A stretch of DNA of 64,000 bases from an uncultured Gemmatimonadaceae bacterium (GTDB taxonomy: Bacteria > Gemmatimonadota > Gemmatimonadetes > Gemmatimonadales > Gemmatimonadaceae): contig CAWBOC010000005.1 of NCBI GenBank assembly GCA_963790305.1, forward strand, positions 96,001 through 160,000. The letters run 5' to 3'. This document shows, piece after piece, positions 38,974 to 47,822 of this stretch; position 1 is the first letter of the stretch, and each line of letters opens with the position of its first letter. The notes below the pieces were generated by a model. It did not search any database. It saw nothing but the letters and a program-made list of their open reading frames with translations, and had not been told where the DNA came from. Both the position numbers and the translations under genes were made by a program.

Positions 38974-39851
38974 GACGTGTCGTGTGTCTCGGTGTCGCTG
39001 GTCTCGCGGCGCTCATGCCGCTCACCGAGGCGCTGGCGCAAGGCCAACCCACCCAGGAGCCGTTGCCGGAGCAGACTCTCCGCGATCTCTCCGGGCGCGA
39101 CCGCGTCGCGCATCTCGCCATCAACGGCGCCCTCGGCGGATTCAGCTCGGCGATGTTCGCGCTGGCCCGCGGAAAGAATCCTTGGCGCGCAGCACTCGTG
39201 GGGTTCGGCGGTGGCGTCGCACTGGGCGTGGGCAAGCAGGTCGCCGGCAAGCGCTTCGACGGTGCCGGTCTCCTCGGCCGACAGCTCGCGTCAGTTGGCA
39301 CTTCCTTCGTGCGCAGCGCGTCCGAAGACACGATGGTCGTCATCGTACCCGTGGGGCCGATGACGTTCGAAATCCGGCCCAGCGCCGTGGATCGCGTGCG
39401 GCCGCGCGTGAATCTCGTCGCCACGACGGCGCTGCTGTACTACGTCATCCGTGATGATACCCGTATCGATGTGGGCGCCACTTTTTCCGCTGGCGCCCCG
39501 GTGTTTCGCTTTCCGACGGAGACGGTGTCGACACGCGACGGCATCATCTTCGGGCGAATGGATTTCGGAACGATCGTCCTCGGAGCGCAGCCATCCATCC
39601 TCGATGCACAACGACGCATGACGCTGCCCCACGAGTCGATTCACATCGTGCAGTACGACTTCCTGGAGCAGGCACTCTCCCTGCCGCCGGAGCGCGCCAT
39701 CCTGCGAAAGCTGGGCGTGGGCGAAGGCTTTCTGCGCCATGTCGACCTCGGGGTTATCTCCCTGATGCTCGCGGGTGTGCTGCAGATGCACATGGACTAC
39801 GACGACCGCCCGTGGGAGCGGGAGGCGGTGATCCTGACTGAAGGGCGGTAG
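38970..39851 (+). CDS. Exported or membrane hypothetical protein
   Basis: Signal peptide, Gly-rich hydrophobic segments, HESIH (HExxH) and PWEREA; ATGA-coupled to the kinase. Confidence 0.7.
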   Translation: MRRVVCLGVAGLAALMPLTEALAQGQPTQEPLPEQTLRDLSGRDRVAHLAINGALGGFSSAMFALARGKNPWRAALVGFGGGVALGVGKQVAGKRFDGAGLLGRQLASVGTSFVRSASEDTMVVIVPVGPMTFEIRPSAVDRVRPRVNLVATTALLYYVIRDDTRIDVGATFSAGAPVFRFPTETVSTRDGIIFGRMDFGTIVLGAQPSILDAQRRMTLPHESIHIVQYDFLEQALSLPPERAILRKLGVGEGFLRHVDLGVISLMLAGVLQMHMDYDDRPWEREAVILTEGR

Positions 39852-39857
39852 AGCCTC

Positions 39858-39986
39858 GGGGTCAGGAGTCAGGAATCAGGGATCAGGGGGTGTCAGGGTA
39901 AAGGTTCAAGGAGAACGGCTCGAGCGACTCCTGAAACCTCTTCCCTGACACCCCCTGATTCCTGACATCCTGACTCCTGACCCCTA
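39858..39986. repeat. Palindromic element, family C; core homologous to 33099-33228
   Basis: Shared core GTCAGGGT(G/A)AAGGTT..AGGAGAACG...ACTCCTG(G/A)AACCTC..CCCTGAC. Confidence 0.9.
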
Positions 39987-40802
39987 GCGTCCCCGCATAA
40001 CGAGCGGCCGCGTCGCCCAGCCGGATTCCCCCTCGGGCACCACCACCACGCCCAGCAGCCATCGGTCGATCCGATTGTCCGGATGCGTGTGGTGATACTT
40101 CACCACCTTGATGCCGGCGAACGTTCCGATCAGCCCGCCAATGAGCACGTCGCTCGCCCAATGCTTGTTGTCGTACATCCGCGACAGCGCGATGAGCCCC
40201 GCGCCACCGTACATGACCGGCGCGATGTACCACACCGATTGCGGCCACCAGCGGCGCGTTTCGTCCACCACGGCCGCGGCCGCGGCGAATCCGATCAGCG
40301 AATGGCCCGACGGGAAAGAGCGGTACTGCTCCTGGTTCCATCCGCGCATGAAGCCGAAGTTGTGCGGCTTGTCGATGTCGACGTAGGGTCGCTGTCGGCC
40401 CGCGGTGATCTTGATCAGGTTCGTCACCAGCAGACCGGCGATGATCGCCTCGGTACCGTGCAACCCCAGGTCGGCCATGCGCTCATTGTCCGCCAGCCTG
40501 CCGATTCCGTAGAGCGCGCCGCCGATGAGGTAAGCTCCCGGTTGCGCGATGGTCTCGACGACCCGCGACACCCGACGAAAGAACCGATTGGTCTGCGGCG
40601 CGCCTTGCAGGTAATCGGCGAATCGCTTGTCGAGCGGCGCAATGGCCACCGTCGCGAAGATGACGCCGCCGGCAAAAAGCGCGTCCTCCGCCGTGAACAG
40701 CGGCTCTTGCGACGTCTTGAGACTGTCCTCCGACGGTTGCGCGAGCACACGCGCGGGAAACAGGAGCGCAGCACAGAGCGCGAGCGTCGTTGAGAGGCGC
40801 AT
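39984..40802 (-). CDS. PAP2-family phosphatase
   Basis: KITAGRQRP, SFPSGH and SRMYDNKHWASDV. Confidence 0.93.
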   Translation of the reverse strand: MRLSTTLALCAALLFPARVLAQPSEDSLKTSQEPLFTAEDALFAGGVIFATVAIAPLDKRFADYLQGAPQTNRFFRRVSRVVETIAQPGAYLIGGALYGIGRLADNERMADLGLHGTEAIIAGLLVTNLIKITAGRQRPYVDIDKPHNFGFMRGWNQEQYRSFPSGHSLIGFAAAAAVVDETRRWWPQSVWYIAPVMYGGAGLIALSRMYDNKHWASDVLIGGLIGTFAGIKVVKYHHTHPDNRIDRWLLGVVVVPEGESGWATRPLVMRGR

Positions 40803-40809
40803 GTGACGG

Positions 40810-40879
40810 GCGATTGCGGAGTGTGGATTGCGGACGATGGGCAAGAGCCAACGCAATCCCCAATCCGCAATCCGCATTC
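40810..40879. repeat. Palindromic element, family A
   Basis: GATTGCGGAGTGTGGATTGCGGA ... CGCAATCCCCAATCCGCAATCCGCATTCC. Confidence 0.75.
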
Positions 40880-40918
40880 CCTGTTGCGTACCTCTCACGG
40901 CTCGACCAACCTATCCCA

Positions 40919-42379
40919 ATGTCACGCTCCCCTCTCGACCTCGATCACGACACGATGCGCCGGCTCGGCCACCTCGTGGCCGACACGGTTGCGGGTCACC
41001 TCTCGACGCTGCGCGACCAGCCCGCGTACGCAACCCTCGACACCGCGACGGCCGAGCGGCTGATCGAGCGCCGAGCGCCGGCGCGGGGCACTGACTTCGA
41101 GACGTTGCTCGCGACATTGCGCGATCGCGTCTTTCCACACGCCGCTCGCGAGCCCCATCCGGGATTCATCGCGTATGTCCCGAGCTGCCCGACCTTTCCC
41201 GCCGTACTCGGCGACTGGTTGGCGACGGGCTTCAACTTCTTCGCTGGCGTATGGCCGGTCGCGGCTGGCCCCAACGAGGTCGAGCTCGTTGTGCTCGACT
41301 GGTTTCGCCAATGGCTGGGGATGCCGGAAGGCACGGGCGGACTTCTTACGTCGGGAGGGTCGGGCGCCAACCTCACCGCAATGATTGCCGCGCGGCATCG
41401 CGTCACGGCGGGCGACGCATCCGTCATCGCCAGGCTCACGGTCTACGCATCGGACCAGGTGCATTCATCGGTGACGCGTGCTGCCTGGCTCGCTGGCGTT
41501 CCGCGTGAGCACGTACGTTCGCTGCCGACCGATGACGAATACCGTCTGCGCGCCGACGCGCTGCGGGTATCCATCGCGCGCGATCGCGCGATGGGGCTAC
41601 GGCCGCTCATGGTCGTCGCGAATGCCGGCACGACGAACACCGGCAGCGTCGATCCCATGCACGAGATCGCGGATCTGTGCGAGCAGGAGGATGTGTGGCT
41701 GCACGTCGACGCCGCCTATGGCGGCTTTGCCGTACTGACGGACATCGGACGACGCGCGCTGGCCGGCATCGAGCGCGCCGACTCGGTAACGCTCGACCCT
41801 CACAAGTGGTTGTTCATCCCCTTTGAATGCGGATGTCTGCTCGCGCGGGATCCAAACCGGCTCAAGGCGGCGTTTCAGATTTTTCCCGAGTATCTGGCCG
41901 ATGCTCAGACCGGCCACGAGGCGGTGAACTTCGCCGACTACGGCGAGCAGCTCACCCGCTACGCGCGCGCGATCAAGGTCTGGACGTCGGTGAGCTACTT
42001 CGGAACGGATGCCATTCGCGATGCAATCGAGCGCGGGATGATGTTGGCGCGTCGCCTGGAGGAGCGCATTCGCGAGACGTCAGCGCTGGAGATTGTGTCG
42101 GCGGCGCGCTTTGGCGTCGTGTGCTTCCGCGTGCGGCCGAACGGAATCGACGGCGCTGCCCTCGACGCGCTGAATGAGCGCGTACTGGCACGTATCGTCG
42201 GCGAGGGGCGCTACTTCATCTCGTCGACACGCCTGCGAGGGGCATTCGCGTTGCGCGCCTGCATTCTCGGATTCCGGACCGCCGAGGAGGACATCGACGG
42301 TCTCGTGCGGGCAGTGGCGGAGGCCGCGAGCAATGTGGCCGCGGTCACGCCCTCCCGGCCAGCCCGCGCACCGACCTAA
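40919..42379 (+). CDS. Group II PLP-dependent decarboxylase (aromatic-L-amino-acid-decarboxylase-like)
   Basis: HPGFIAY, SGGSGAN, HSSV, HVDAAYGG and LDPHKW. Confidence 0.9.
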   Translation: MSRSPLDLDHDTMRRLGHLVADTVAGHLSTLRDQPAYATLDTATAERLIERRAPARGTDFETLLATLRDRVFPHAAREPHPGFIAYVPSCPTFPAVLGDWLATGFNFFAGVWPVAAGPNEVELVVLDWFRQWLGMPEGTGGLLTSGGSGANLTAMIAARHRVTAGDASVIARLTVYASDQVHSSVTRAAWLAGVPREHVRSLPTDDEYRLRADALRVSIARDRAMGLRPLMVVANAGTTNTGSVDPMHEIADLCEQEDVWLHVDAAYGGFAVLTDIGRRALAGIERADSVTLDPHKWLFIPFECGCLLARDPNRLKAAFQIFPEYLADAQTGHEAVNFADYGEQLTRYARAIKVWTSVSYFGTDAIRDAIERGMMLARRLEERIRETSALEIVSAARFGVVCFRVRPNGIDGAALDALNERVLARIVGEGRYFISSTRLRGAFALRACILGFRTAEEDIDGLVRAVAEAASNVAAVTPSRPARAPT

Positions 42380-42810
42380 CGAGCGCCGAAGTCCCGCTCG
42401 GGGTGAACGTTGGAGATGGCGGGAAGCCCGCCGGAAATCCGCGTCCACGTTCGGATCGTCTCCTCGAGCTCGTCGAAATCGAACGGCTTGACGAAGACGG
42501 GGCGTCCGAGCGCGCGGACGTGACGGCCGAGATCGGCGTTGGCGGCAATGTCACCGGTGACGAAAATCGTATTGCGAGCGACGCGCGGATGATGCTCCTG
42601 CAGCCACGCGTAGAGCTCGAAGCCGCTGCCGTCATCGAGCCAGACATCGACGATCGCCCCATCGAAGACGAGGCGTGCACAGGCGGCTCGCGCATCGGCG
42701 AGCGAGCCGGCGGTGTGCACTTCGATCCCGTGCAGTTGCAGCGCGTGTTGCACTACGCGCCGCATCGAGGGCTCGTCATCGACAAAGAGAACGACAGGCA
42801 TCTTCAACAT
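42376..42810 (-). CDS. Single-domain response regulator (receiver)
   Basis: LFVDDE, IVD (phospho-Asp), VTG and VKPF. Confidence 0.88.
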   Translation of the reverse strand: MLKMPVVLFVDDEPSMRRVVQHALQLHGIEVHTAGSLADARAACARLVFDGAIVDVWLDDGSGFELYAWLQEHHPRVARNTIFVTGDIAANADLGRHVRALGRPVFVKPFDFDELEETIRTWTRISGGLPAISNVHPERDFGAR

Positions 42811-42942
42811 CCGGTGAAGCGAGGCGGTCGAAGATAGCGAGGGCGATCGGCATGTCAAACCCGTCTCACACGAACGTGATACGCGTCACGCATTCGTGTG
42901 CGCGGGCTTGCTTCGCATCACGAAACGCGCTACTTCAGGCGC

Positions 42943-43855
42943 ATGCTGAGCATTGATCTCACCGGACGGCGCGCGCTCGTCGCAGGGGTCGCCGACGACC
43001 GCGGATACGGCTTCGCCATCGCGAAGGCGCTGGCCGAAGCGGGCGCGTCGATCGTACTGGCCACGTGGCCGCCGGCGCTCAACATCTTCCTGAACCTCCT
43101 CGAGCGCGGGAAGATCGACGAGTCGCGAGCCCTCACCGGAGGTCGGCTGCTCGAGTTCGAGAGGATCTACCCGCTCGACGCCGCGTTCACGACGCTGAGC
43201 GAGGCAACTCCTGACATCCTCGAGAACAAGCGGTATCGCGAGGTCGGCGACTTCTCGATCGAGGGCCTCGCGAAGCGGCTCACCGATGATTTCGGTGAAC
43301 GGCCCGTCGACATCGTCATTCACTCCCTCGCCAACGGGCCCGAAGTCAAGAAGCCGCTCATGGAGACGAGTCGTGGCGGCTACCTCACCGCGATGGGGGT
43401 GAGCGCGTATTCCATGGTGGCGATGGTTGGCCGCTTTGCCCCGCTGATGCGCGACGGTGGCGCGTTTCTGTCGCTAACCTACATGGCCAGCGAGCGCGTA
43501 ATCCCGGGGTATGGGGGCGGCATGAGCTCGGCCAAGGCCGCGCTCGAAAGCGACACGCGCGTGCTCGCGTACGAGGCGGGCCGCAAGTACGGTACGCGCG
43601 TGAATTGCATTTCCGCCGGCCCGCTCGCGTCGCGCGCCGCCAGCGCCATTGGCATCATCGAAGCGATGGTCGAGTACTGCTCGGCCAACTCACCGCTCAC
43701 CGAGCACCTCTCCCCTGCCGAAGTCGCGAACACGGCAGCGTTTCTGTGCAGCCCGCTCGCGAGCGGGATCACCGGAACGGTGGTGTACGTGGACAAGGGG
43801 TACCACTCGAATGGGAATGGCGGTAGATAGATCAGAGGCGCTGGAAAAGCGCTGA
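42943..43855 (+). CDS. fabI: Enoyl-ACP reductase, plant/chlamydial-type FabI; +1 frameshift near 43810
   Basis: AGVADDRGYG, HSLANGPEVKKPL and YGGGMSSAKAALESD. Removing one A from CACTCGAATG restores ...DKGYHSMGMAVD. Confidence 0.9.
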
Positions 43856-43922
43856 GGGCGCTGGAGGAGCGCTGAAGTCCCAGCGCCGTTCCAGCGCCCT
43901 CAGCGCTGTTCCAGCGCTCTCC
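43834..43922. repeat. Palindromic element, family D
   Basis: GGCGCTGGAAAAGCGCTGAGGGCGCTGGAGGAGCGCTG ... CAGCGCCGTTCCAGCGCCCTCAGCGCTGTTCCAGCGCT. Confidence 0.85.
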
Positions 43923-43928
43923 AATCTT

Positions 43929-44963
43929 CTAAGGCTTCTTCTCCTTTCCCGATTCTCCACCCGACTCCCCGCCGCTCCGCGTGGGCTTCGAGGACGGAGC
44001 CGGTTCGGCGCTCGACGACGTGCTCGAGCTGCCACGAGCGTTTTGGACGGGATCGCCCGAGCCTCCGGAACTGCCGCGCGCGGAGCGCACGGGTGAATGA
44101 CCTGACTCTCGACCAGGGTAGTGCACCACTTTGCGTGGCGAGCGCGCACGCAAGTCCGCCGTCGGTACTCGAGCACCCGGCTCGGCACGCCGACGCTTGT
44201 CGACCCCGGCGTCGCTGAGCTCCACGCCGTCGCGCTTGCCGCCATTTCGCGGGGCTCGTGGAGCTTCCACTGTGCCGGGTTTGGACGCCTCTGGTGCGCT
44301 GGCGACGACAGAAGGCTCCGCGTCGCCCGGGCATCCATAGTAGGGATAGTTCGACGCAACGCGGAAGACGCGTCCGTTGGCGCACGTCACGAGCCTGGTG
44401 AAGGCGAACACCGGCATCGACGGTGGTGCGGGCCAATCGACGAACAGATCCGTCGCCCAGTCCTCGTCGGCCTGCATTGGAACGACGATCTCGGTAAGCC
44501 GATCGATGACGTCGTATGGACGATACGACGCGTACATCCGGCCAAGGACCCGACGCGTCGCACCTAACGACGTCTGCAGCCGTTCGAGGTTGAGCGGGGC
44601 GGCCGACGCCACGGCGTAGTAGTATCGCGGCTGGTAGCTCGCGTGACCGAACGGATCGGTGTAGTAGAACATCCGCCCGGGTTGCAGGATGAGGTTCGCG
44701 TAGTGCGCGCTGGAGGCCACGTCATGCCCGCTCTGGGACGGATAGACCATCGTCGCGCCGCGCCCAGGAATGATCTCGAACATTGCGACGTGCGCGTCGC
44801 GATTGGTGAAGATCGGGTAGATCGGGCTGCTGCCGGCGGGGAAGCCGATCCAAACCCGGAGCGGCGGTGGGGCCTCGGGCTCCACCCCCTGCACGCGCGG
44901 AGCGGGTGCGCACGCAGCGAGGGCGGTGGTAGCGAGAACGAGGGTTGTCAGACGCGTCCGCAT
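43929..44963 (-). CDS. Hypothetical lipoprotein with a disordered C-terminal tail
   Basis: Lipobox LAAC; AAGGAGG RBS; S/G/P-rich tail. Confidence 0.75.
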   Translation of the reverse strand: MRTRLTTLVLATTALAACAPAPRVQGVEPEAPPPLRVWIGFPAGSSPIYPIFTNRDAHVAMFEIIPGRGATMVYPSQSGHDVASSAHYANLILQPGRMFYYTDPFGHASYQPRYYYAVASAAPLNLERLQTSLGATRRVLGRMYASYRPYDVIDRLTEIVVPMQADEDWATDLFVDWPAPPSMPVFAFTRLVTCANGRVFRVASNYPYYGCPGDAEPSVVASAPEASKPGTVEAPRAPRNGGKRDGVELSDAGVDKRRRAEPGARVPTADLRARSPRKVVHYPGRESGHSPVRSARGSSGGSGDPVQNARGSSSTSSSAEPAPSSKPTRSGGESGGESGKEKKP

Positions 44964-45050
44964 TGTTCCCTCCTTCGCGATCCCGGCGGTGGTGCTGAAT
45001 TGTATACAAAGTTGGTGCCGTTCGGCCGGTCCGCAAGGGCCGGCTGGACG

Positions 45051-46025
45051 TTACCCCTCGCGTTCCCGCTTTCGGACCCCGCTGACGAACGCGTCCTGGG
45101 TTTGCTTCCGCTCCTCGCCCCAGATAACGAGCAGCGCCATGATGCCGTAGATCGGCAGGTGTCCCACTAGCTCGCGCCACCCGAGGAACGGGAGAGTCAG
45201 GTTGAAGGGCACCCAGAGGATGAGCGTCATGAGCCGGACGAAGGCGCCAGAGATGAGCAGCAGCCCGAACGTCAGCTCGACCGTGCCCGCGATGAGAATG
45301 AAGTCGGCGTTGCTGACACCGTCAAAGCCGATCGCCGGAAAGAAGTTGAGGGGATACCGCTCGAGAAAATCCACCCCCATCGGCACGTTCCACAGCTTCT
45401 CCGTGAACGCCAGCGTGACGATGCCGACTCCCGTGAGAACCCGCAGCACGGGCACCGCGCGTGGGACGAGTCCCTCGAGCGGGCGATGGAAGCGCTGGAA
45501 GGTCATGTCGAGCGCGCCCGGCCCGCGTCCCATGACGAACATGAAAAACGCCACGCCGAGGAAGAGTGCGTGCTCGAGCAGGAGGAGAGGGCCGAACCAG
45601 ATCGCGCCCACGAGCCACACCAGCGCAAGGAGGGCGGCGCCAATTCTCGTCGCCGCACCGTAGAGGAAGCTCAGCGCGATCACGATCTCGGTGAGGGCGA
45701 CGAGACCGCCGAAGAAATTGTAGGGCAGCGCGAGATTCGGAACGAACAGCTGGAGCTGCACGCCGGCGACGAGCAGCGGCACCGCCGTGTGCACGCCGAA
45801 CACGAGCGGCATCCATGAGAGCAGCCGCTGATAGTTCTCCCAGTCCATCCCCAGCTGCAACGGGCCGGGGACGATCTCGCGGCGCCGGCGCGCTCGCCAC
45901 GCCAGCGCAGCCACCCCCGTCACAGCGAGCGCGATCGCGAGCGGCACCGCGGTCTGCGTGGTGAAGAGCTGCGAGAAATCGACGGGATGCTGGCGCGAGA
46001 CGAACCAGCGTTCGTGCAGAACCAT
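45051..46025 (-). CDS. DoxX-like multi-pass membrane protein
   Basis: HERWF start, about 8 TM helices, AFTEKL and ELVGHLPIYG. Confidence 0.75.
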   Translation of the reverse strand: MVLHERWFVSRQHPVDFSQLFTTQTAVPLAIALAVTGVAALAWRARRRREIVPGPLQLGMDWENYQRLLSWMPLVFGVHTAVPLLVAGVQLQLFVPNLALPYNFFGGLVALTEIVIALSFLYGAATRIGAALLALVWLVGAIWFGPLLLLEHALFLGVAFFMFVMGRGPGALDMTFQRFHRPLEGLVPRAVPVLRVLTGVGIVTLAFTEKLWNVPMGVDFLERYPLNFFPAIGFDGVSNADFILIAGTVELTFGLLLISGAFVRLMTLILWVPFNLTLPFLGWRELVGHLPIYGIMALLVIWGEERKQTQDAFVSGVRKREREG

Positions 46026-46111
46026 AGGTTGTCGAGGTCGTCAAGGATGTCGAGGTGATCGAGGTGAAGTCGCCTGGATCACCTCGACGACCTCGATGAC
46101 CTCGATAACCT
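46026..46111. repeat. Palindromic element, family B
   Basis: AGGTTGTCGAGGTCGTCAAGGATGTCGAGGTGATCGAGG ... CCTGGATCACCTCGACGACCTCGATGACCTCGATAACCT. Confidence 0.88.
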
Positions 46112-46116
46112 TTGCT

Positions 46117-46701
46117 TCACCCCACCGGCTGCCGCAAAATCGTCCTCAGCTTCTCCTCCTCCACCCGCCGCGGGTCGGAGAGGTAGATCTCGTGATGGCG
46201 GCCGCGGAACGACAGGCCGTGCTGCTTCGCGAACGCGCGCATCTTCGCGATGGTCGGTTGCTCTGCAGTGTATGGGCCAATGTGCAGCACTTGCACGCAC
46301 TTTCCCTCATCCAGCGTCTCGAGCGTGACGCGAGCCACCGCCTCGTCTTTCTCGCGCTCCATCAGCTTCGTCACCGCCTCGGAGAGATGCTTCTTCGTGA
46401 TGAACTCGGGAACACGGATCAGAAGCTGCCATGTCCAGTCGACCGATACGCCTTCCTTCCACCAGACGCCTTCGAGCTTGGAAACGGCGTAGTCCGACCC
46501 GGCAGCTTTGCTCGCCATCTTGATCGTGAACGACACGGTGTAGAGCGCGCCCACCGCGTTCGCGAACTCCGCTCCTCCCGGCTTGCCGTGCCCGGTGATC
46601 GCCAGGTAGCGCGCGGGCGCGATGTCCACGAGCGTCGGCTCCCGAGGAGCGACGTACTCGTCGCGATGCTCGCGGTAGAGATCGAGTTTGGCAGGGGCCA
46701 T
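46117..46701 (-). CDS. GyrI-like small-molecule-binding protein
   Basis: YLAITGHGKP, KLEGVWW, HIGPY and HHEIYLSDPRR...LRTILRQP. Confidence 0.88.
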   Translation of the reverse strand: MAPAKLDLYREHRDEYVAPREPTLVDIAPARYLAITGHGKPGGAEFANAVGALYTVSFTIKMASKAAGSDYAVSKLEGVWWKEGVSVDWTWQLLIRVPEFITKKHLSEAVTKLMEREKDEAVARVTLETLDEGKCVQVLHIGPYTAEQPTIAKMRAFAKQHGLSFRGRHHEIYLSDPRRVEEEKLRTILRQPVG

Positions 46702-46720
46702 CGTCGGCACCATGTCGGAG

Positions 46721-46800
46721 GAATGCGGGATCCGGAATGCGGAAATGCGTAGCCCTGACAAACGACGCTCGGTAATCCGCATTCCGCAATCCGCATTCGC
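46721..46800. repeat. Palindromic element, family A
   Basis: GAATGCGGGATCCGGAATGCGGAAATGCG ... AATCCGCATTCCGCAATCCGCATTC. Confidence 0.8.
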
Positions 46801-46868
46801 TTCTCGCGCAGTCGCGATCAGACTACTAGAATCTGGGTTTCGCACCCCATTTCTGCGAGGTAACCCCT

Positions 46869-47822
46869 ATGTCCGCCCTCCGTGTCCCCGTGCTGGCCGC
46901 CCTTGTCCTCATCGGCTGCGCTCGGGACGAGACAGAAGCCACTGGCGATAGCGCCGCCGGTGTTGCCGCTCCCGCCGAATTCTCTCGCGCCGCCAGCATT
47001 CAGGGCGAGTTCAAGACGCCCGAGGCAGTTCGCTTCGACCCGACCGATGATGTGTTTTTCGTGTCGAACATCAATGGCTCCCCGGCCGAAAAGGACAACA
47101 ACGGGTTCATCAGCCGGGTGCGCGGCGAAGGCGGCGAGATCGACTCTCTCATGTTCATCGCCGGCGGCCGCGGGGGCGTGACCCTGAACGCGCCGAAGGG
47201 CCTCGCCATCACCGGCGACACCCTCTGGGTGACGGACATCGACGCCGTGCGCGCGTTCAACAAGAAGACCGGGCAGGCGATCGCCTCCTATCCCATTCGG
47301 GGTGCCGTCTTCCTCAACGACATCGCAACCGGTCCCGACGGCGCACTCTACATCACCGACACGGGCGTCCGCATCGACGCATCGGGAATGACGCACCCGG
47401 GTCCGGATCGGGTCTTCAAGCTGACGCGCGCAGGCCAGGTCTCGACCGCCTTGCGGTTCGACTCTCTCATTGGCCCCAACGGAATCACCTGGGATGAGGG
47501 GAACCAGCGCTTCATCATCGTCGCCTTCGCCGGGAGTGACATCATGACGTGGAAGCCCGGCGATTCGGCCGCCACGACGATCGCCAGCGGCAAGGGCCAG
47601 TTCAATGGCGTCGAACGGCTCGCCGACGGTCGCATTCTCATCTCGAGCTGGGCCGACTCGAGCATTTACGTCCTCGACGGATCGGCGCTCGTACGCGCGG
47701 TGCCCGGTGTGGCGGGGCCGGCGGACATCGGTATCGACACGAAGCGGAATCGCGTCGCGATTCCACTCTTCGAGGGCAACCGCGTCGAGCTGTTCGCGAT
47801 TCCGGCGAAGGACGGCATGTGA
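46869..47822 (+). CDS. SMP-30/gluconolactonase-like beta-propeller lipoprotein
   Basis: Lipobox LIGC; TPE, NAPKG, FLND, GPNGI and GPADI blade motifs. Confidence 0.85.
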   Translation: MSALRVPVLAALVLIGCARDETEATGDSAAGVAAPAEFSRAASIQGEFKTPEAVRFDPTDDVFFVSNINGSPAEKDNNGFISRVRGEGGEIDSLMFIAGGRGGVTLNAPKGLAITGDTLWVTDIDAVRAFNKKTGQAIASYPIRGAVFLNDIATGPDGALYITDTGVRIDASGMTHPGPDRVFKLTRAGQVSTALRFDSLIGPNGITWDEGNQRFIIVAFAGSDIMTWKPGDSAATTIASGKGQFNGVERLADGRILISSWADSSIYVLDGSALVRAVPGVAGPADIGIDTKRNRVAIPLFEGNRVELFAIPAKDGM

